From a virus (lineage: Duplodnaviria; Heunggongvirae; Uroviricota; Caudoviricetes): a DNA stretch of 27,000 nucleotides. A program made the translations under genes and the position numbers. The notes under the pieces are model-generated. The model saw nothing but the letters and a program-made list of their open reading frames with translations, was not told where the DNA came from and ran no database searches. Positions 25,720-27,000 of this stretch are shown here, piece after piece. The DNA is taken from the IMG/VR virus record IMGVR_UViG_640753024_000008, one strand, 5' to 3'. Position 1 is the first letter of the stretch. Every line of letters starts with the position of its first letter.

Positions 25720-27000
25720 ATGAAATATCCGACAGGCGTGGAAAACCATGGAGGGAAATTACGTATCTGGTTTGTTTATAAAGGCGTAAGAGTCAGGGAA
25801 AACCTGGGGGTTCCTGACACAGCAAAAAACAGGCGCGTTGCAGGTGAGCTACGCGCCTCTGTTTGTTACGCAATAAAAACTGGTGTTTTCGACTATGCAA
25901 AACAGTTTCCCTCCTCACGCAATCTGGAAAAATTTGGTGAGGCCCGACAAGATTTAACCATAAAAGAACTGGCTGAAAAATTTCTGGCACTGAAAGAAAC
26001 TGAAGTCGCAAAAACATCACTCAACACATACCGTGCCGTCATCAAAAATATCCTGAGCATAATCGGTGAAAAAAATCTTGCCTCATCGATTAATAAAGAA
26101 AAATTACTGGAGGTTCGTAAAGAGCTACTGACTGGATACCAGATCCCCAAAAGTAACTATATTGTTACACAACCAGGGAGATCGGCTGTAACTGTAAATA
26201 ATTACATGACAAATCTTAACGCCGTGTTCCAGTTTGGTGTTGATAACGGTTACCTGGCAGATAACCCGTTTAAGGGGATCTCGCCATTAAAGGAATCAAG
26301 AACCATTCCGGATCCTCTTTCGCGGGAGGAATTTATCCGTCTTATCGATGCGTGCAGAAATCAGCAAGCAAAAAATTTATGGTGTGTTTCTGTTTATACT
26401 GGCGTTCGCCCTGGTGAGCTGTGTGCACTTGGATGGGAGGACATAGATCTGAAAAATGGAACAATGATGATCAGGAGAAATTTAGCAAAAGATCGTTTCA
26501 CGGTACCAAAAACACAGGCGGGAACCAATCGGGTCATTCATCTTATTAAGCCAGCAATCGACGCTCTCCGGAGTCAGATGACATTAACGAGACTGAGCAA
26601 AGAGCATATCATTGATGTTCACCTCAGAGAGTATGGCAGAACAGAAAAACAAAAATGCACCTTTGTTTTTCAACCTGAAGTGTCAGCGAGAGTAAAAAAT
26701 TATGGTGACCATTTTACCGTTGACTCAATAAGGCAGATGTGGGACGCAGCGATAAAACGTGCCGGACTCCGCCATCGAAAATCATATCAGTCGAGACATA
26801 CTTATGCCTGCTGGTCGCTGACAGCTGGTGCTAACCCGGCATTTATAGCAAACCAGATGGGCCATGCAGATGCGCAAATGGTATTTAAGGTATACGGAAA
26901 ATGGATGTCTGAAAACAATAATGCACAGGTAGCTTTGTTAAATACACAGTTAAGCGAGTTTGCCCCAACCATGCCCCATAACGAAGCAATGAAAAATTAA
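25720..27000 (+). CDS. intQ: tyrosine integrase (phage integrase family), apparently full length
   Basis: ORF track 25705..27000; the ATG at 25720 has a GAGAAG ribosome-binding site. C-terminal catalytic region with R...HxxR...Y context (RHRKSYQSRHTYACW...HADAQMVFKVY). Stop at 26998..27000. Confidence 0.85.
   Translation: MKYPTGVENHGGKLRIWFVYKGVRVRENLGVPDTAKNRRVAGELRASVCYAIKTGVFDYAKQFPSSRNLEKFGEARQDLTIKELAEKFLALKETEVAKTSLNTYRAVIKNILSIIGEKNLASSINKEKLLEVRKELLTGYQIPKSNYIVTQPGRSAVTVNNYMTNLNAVFQFGVDNGYLADNPFKGISPLKESRTIPDPLSREEFIRLIDACRNQQAKNLWCVSVYTGVRPGELCALGWEDIDLKNGTMMIRRNLAKDRFTVPKTQAGTNRVIHLIKPAIDALRSQMTLTRLSKEHIIDVHLREYGRTEKQKCTFVFQPEVSARVKNYGDHFTVDSIRQMWDAAIKRAGLRHRKSYQSRHTYACWSLTAGANPAFIANQMGHADAQMVFKVYGKWMSENNNAQVALLNTQLSEFAPTMPHNEAMKN

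Larger units (their letters stand above)
1285..27000. mobile_element. Qin-like defective lambdoid prophage (runs to or past the window end)
   Basis: Contiguous phage modules: invertase and tail-fibre assembly, terminase remnants, holin, Q antiterminator, hok, dicC/dicA/dicB division-inhibition region, excisionase-like gene and integrase at the right edge. Gene order matches K-12 Qin from memory. Confidence 0.8.

Noticed and set aside
1-27000. CRISPR arrays, tRNA or rRNA genes
   Set aside because: No regularly spaced short direct repeats, no cloverleaf-like tRNA candidates and no rRNA-like sequence were noticed anywhere in the window.

Overview
Almost the whole window (about 1285 to 27000) is a decayed Qin-like lambdoid prophage, and the strongest candidate for an undescribed system is a single AT-rich 591-aa gene at 15031..16806 (minus strand). 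I did this by reading the sequence and the ORF track only; no searches were run, so every protein-family call is from motifs and recalled gene order, not from database hits. The prophage follows the E. coli K-12 Qin order: truncated ydfJ, ydfK, pinQ, tfaQ, tail-fibre/terminase remnants, holin, cspB, cspF-like, Q antiterminator, ydfU, rem-like, hokD, then dicC, dicA, ydfA, DicF, dicB, ydfD, a full-length ydfE-like gene, an excisionase-like gene and an integrase. Three mobile-element events shape it: two tandem IS66-family elements replace the endolysin/spanin and packaging region and clip the holin, and an IS3 copy splits a phage gene. The 591-aa candidate sits between hokD and the IS3-split gene, with its own ribosome-binding site and terminator and a nuclease-like N-terminal motif. 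No rRNA, tRNA or CRISPR array was seen. Coordinates for features not on the ORF track were derived by hand and may be off by a base or two.
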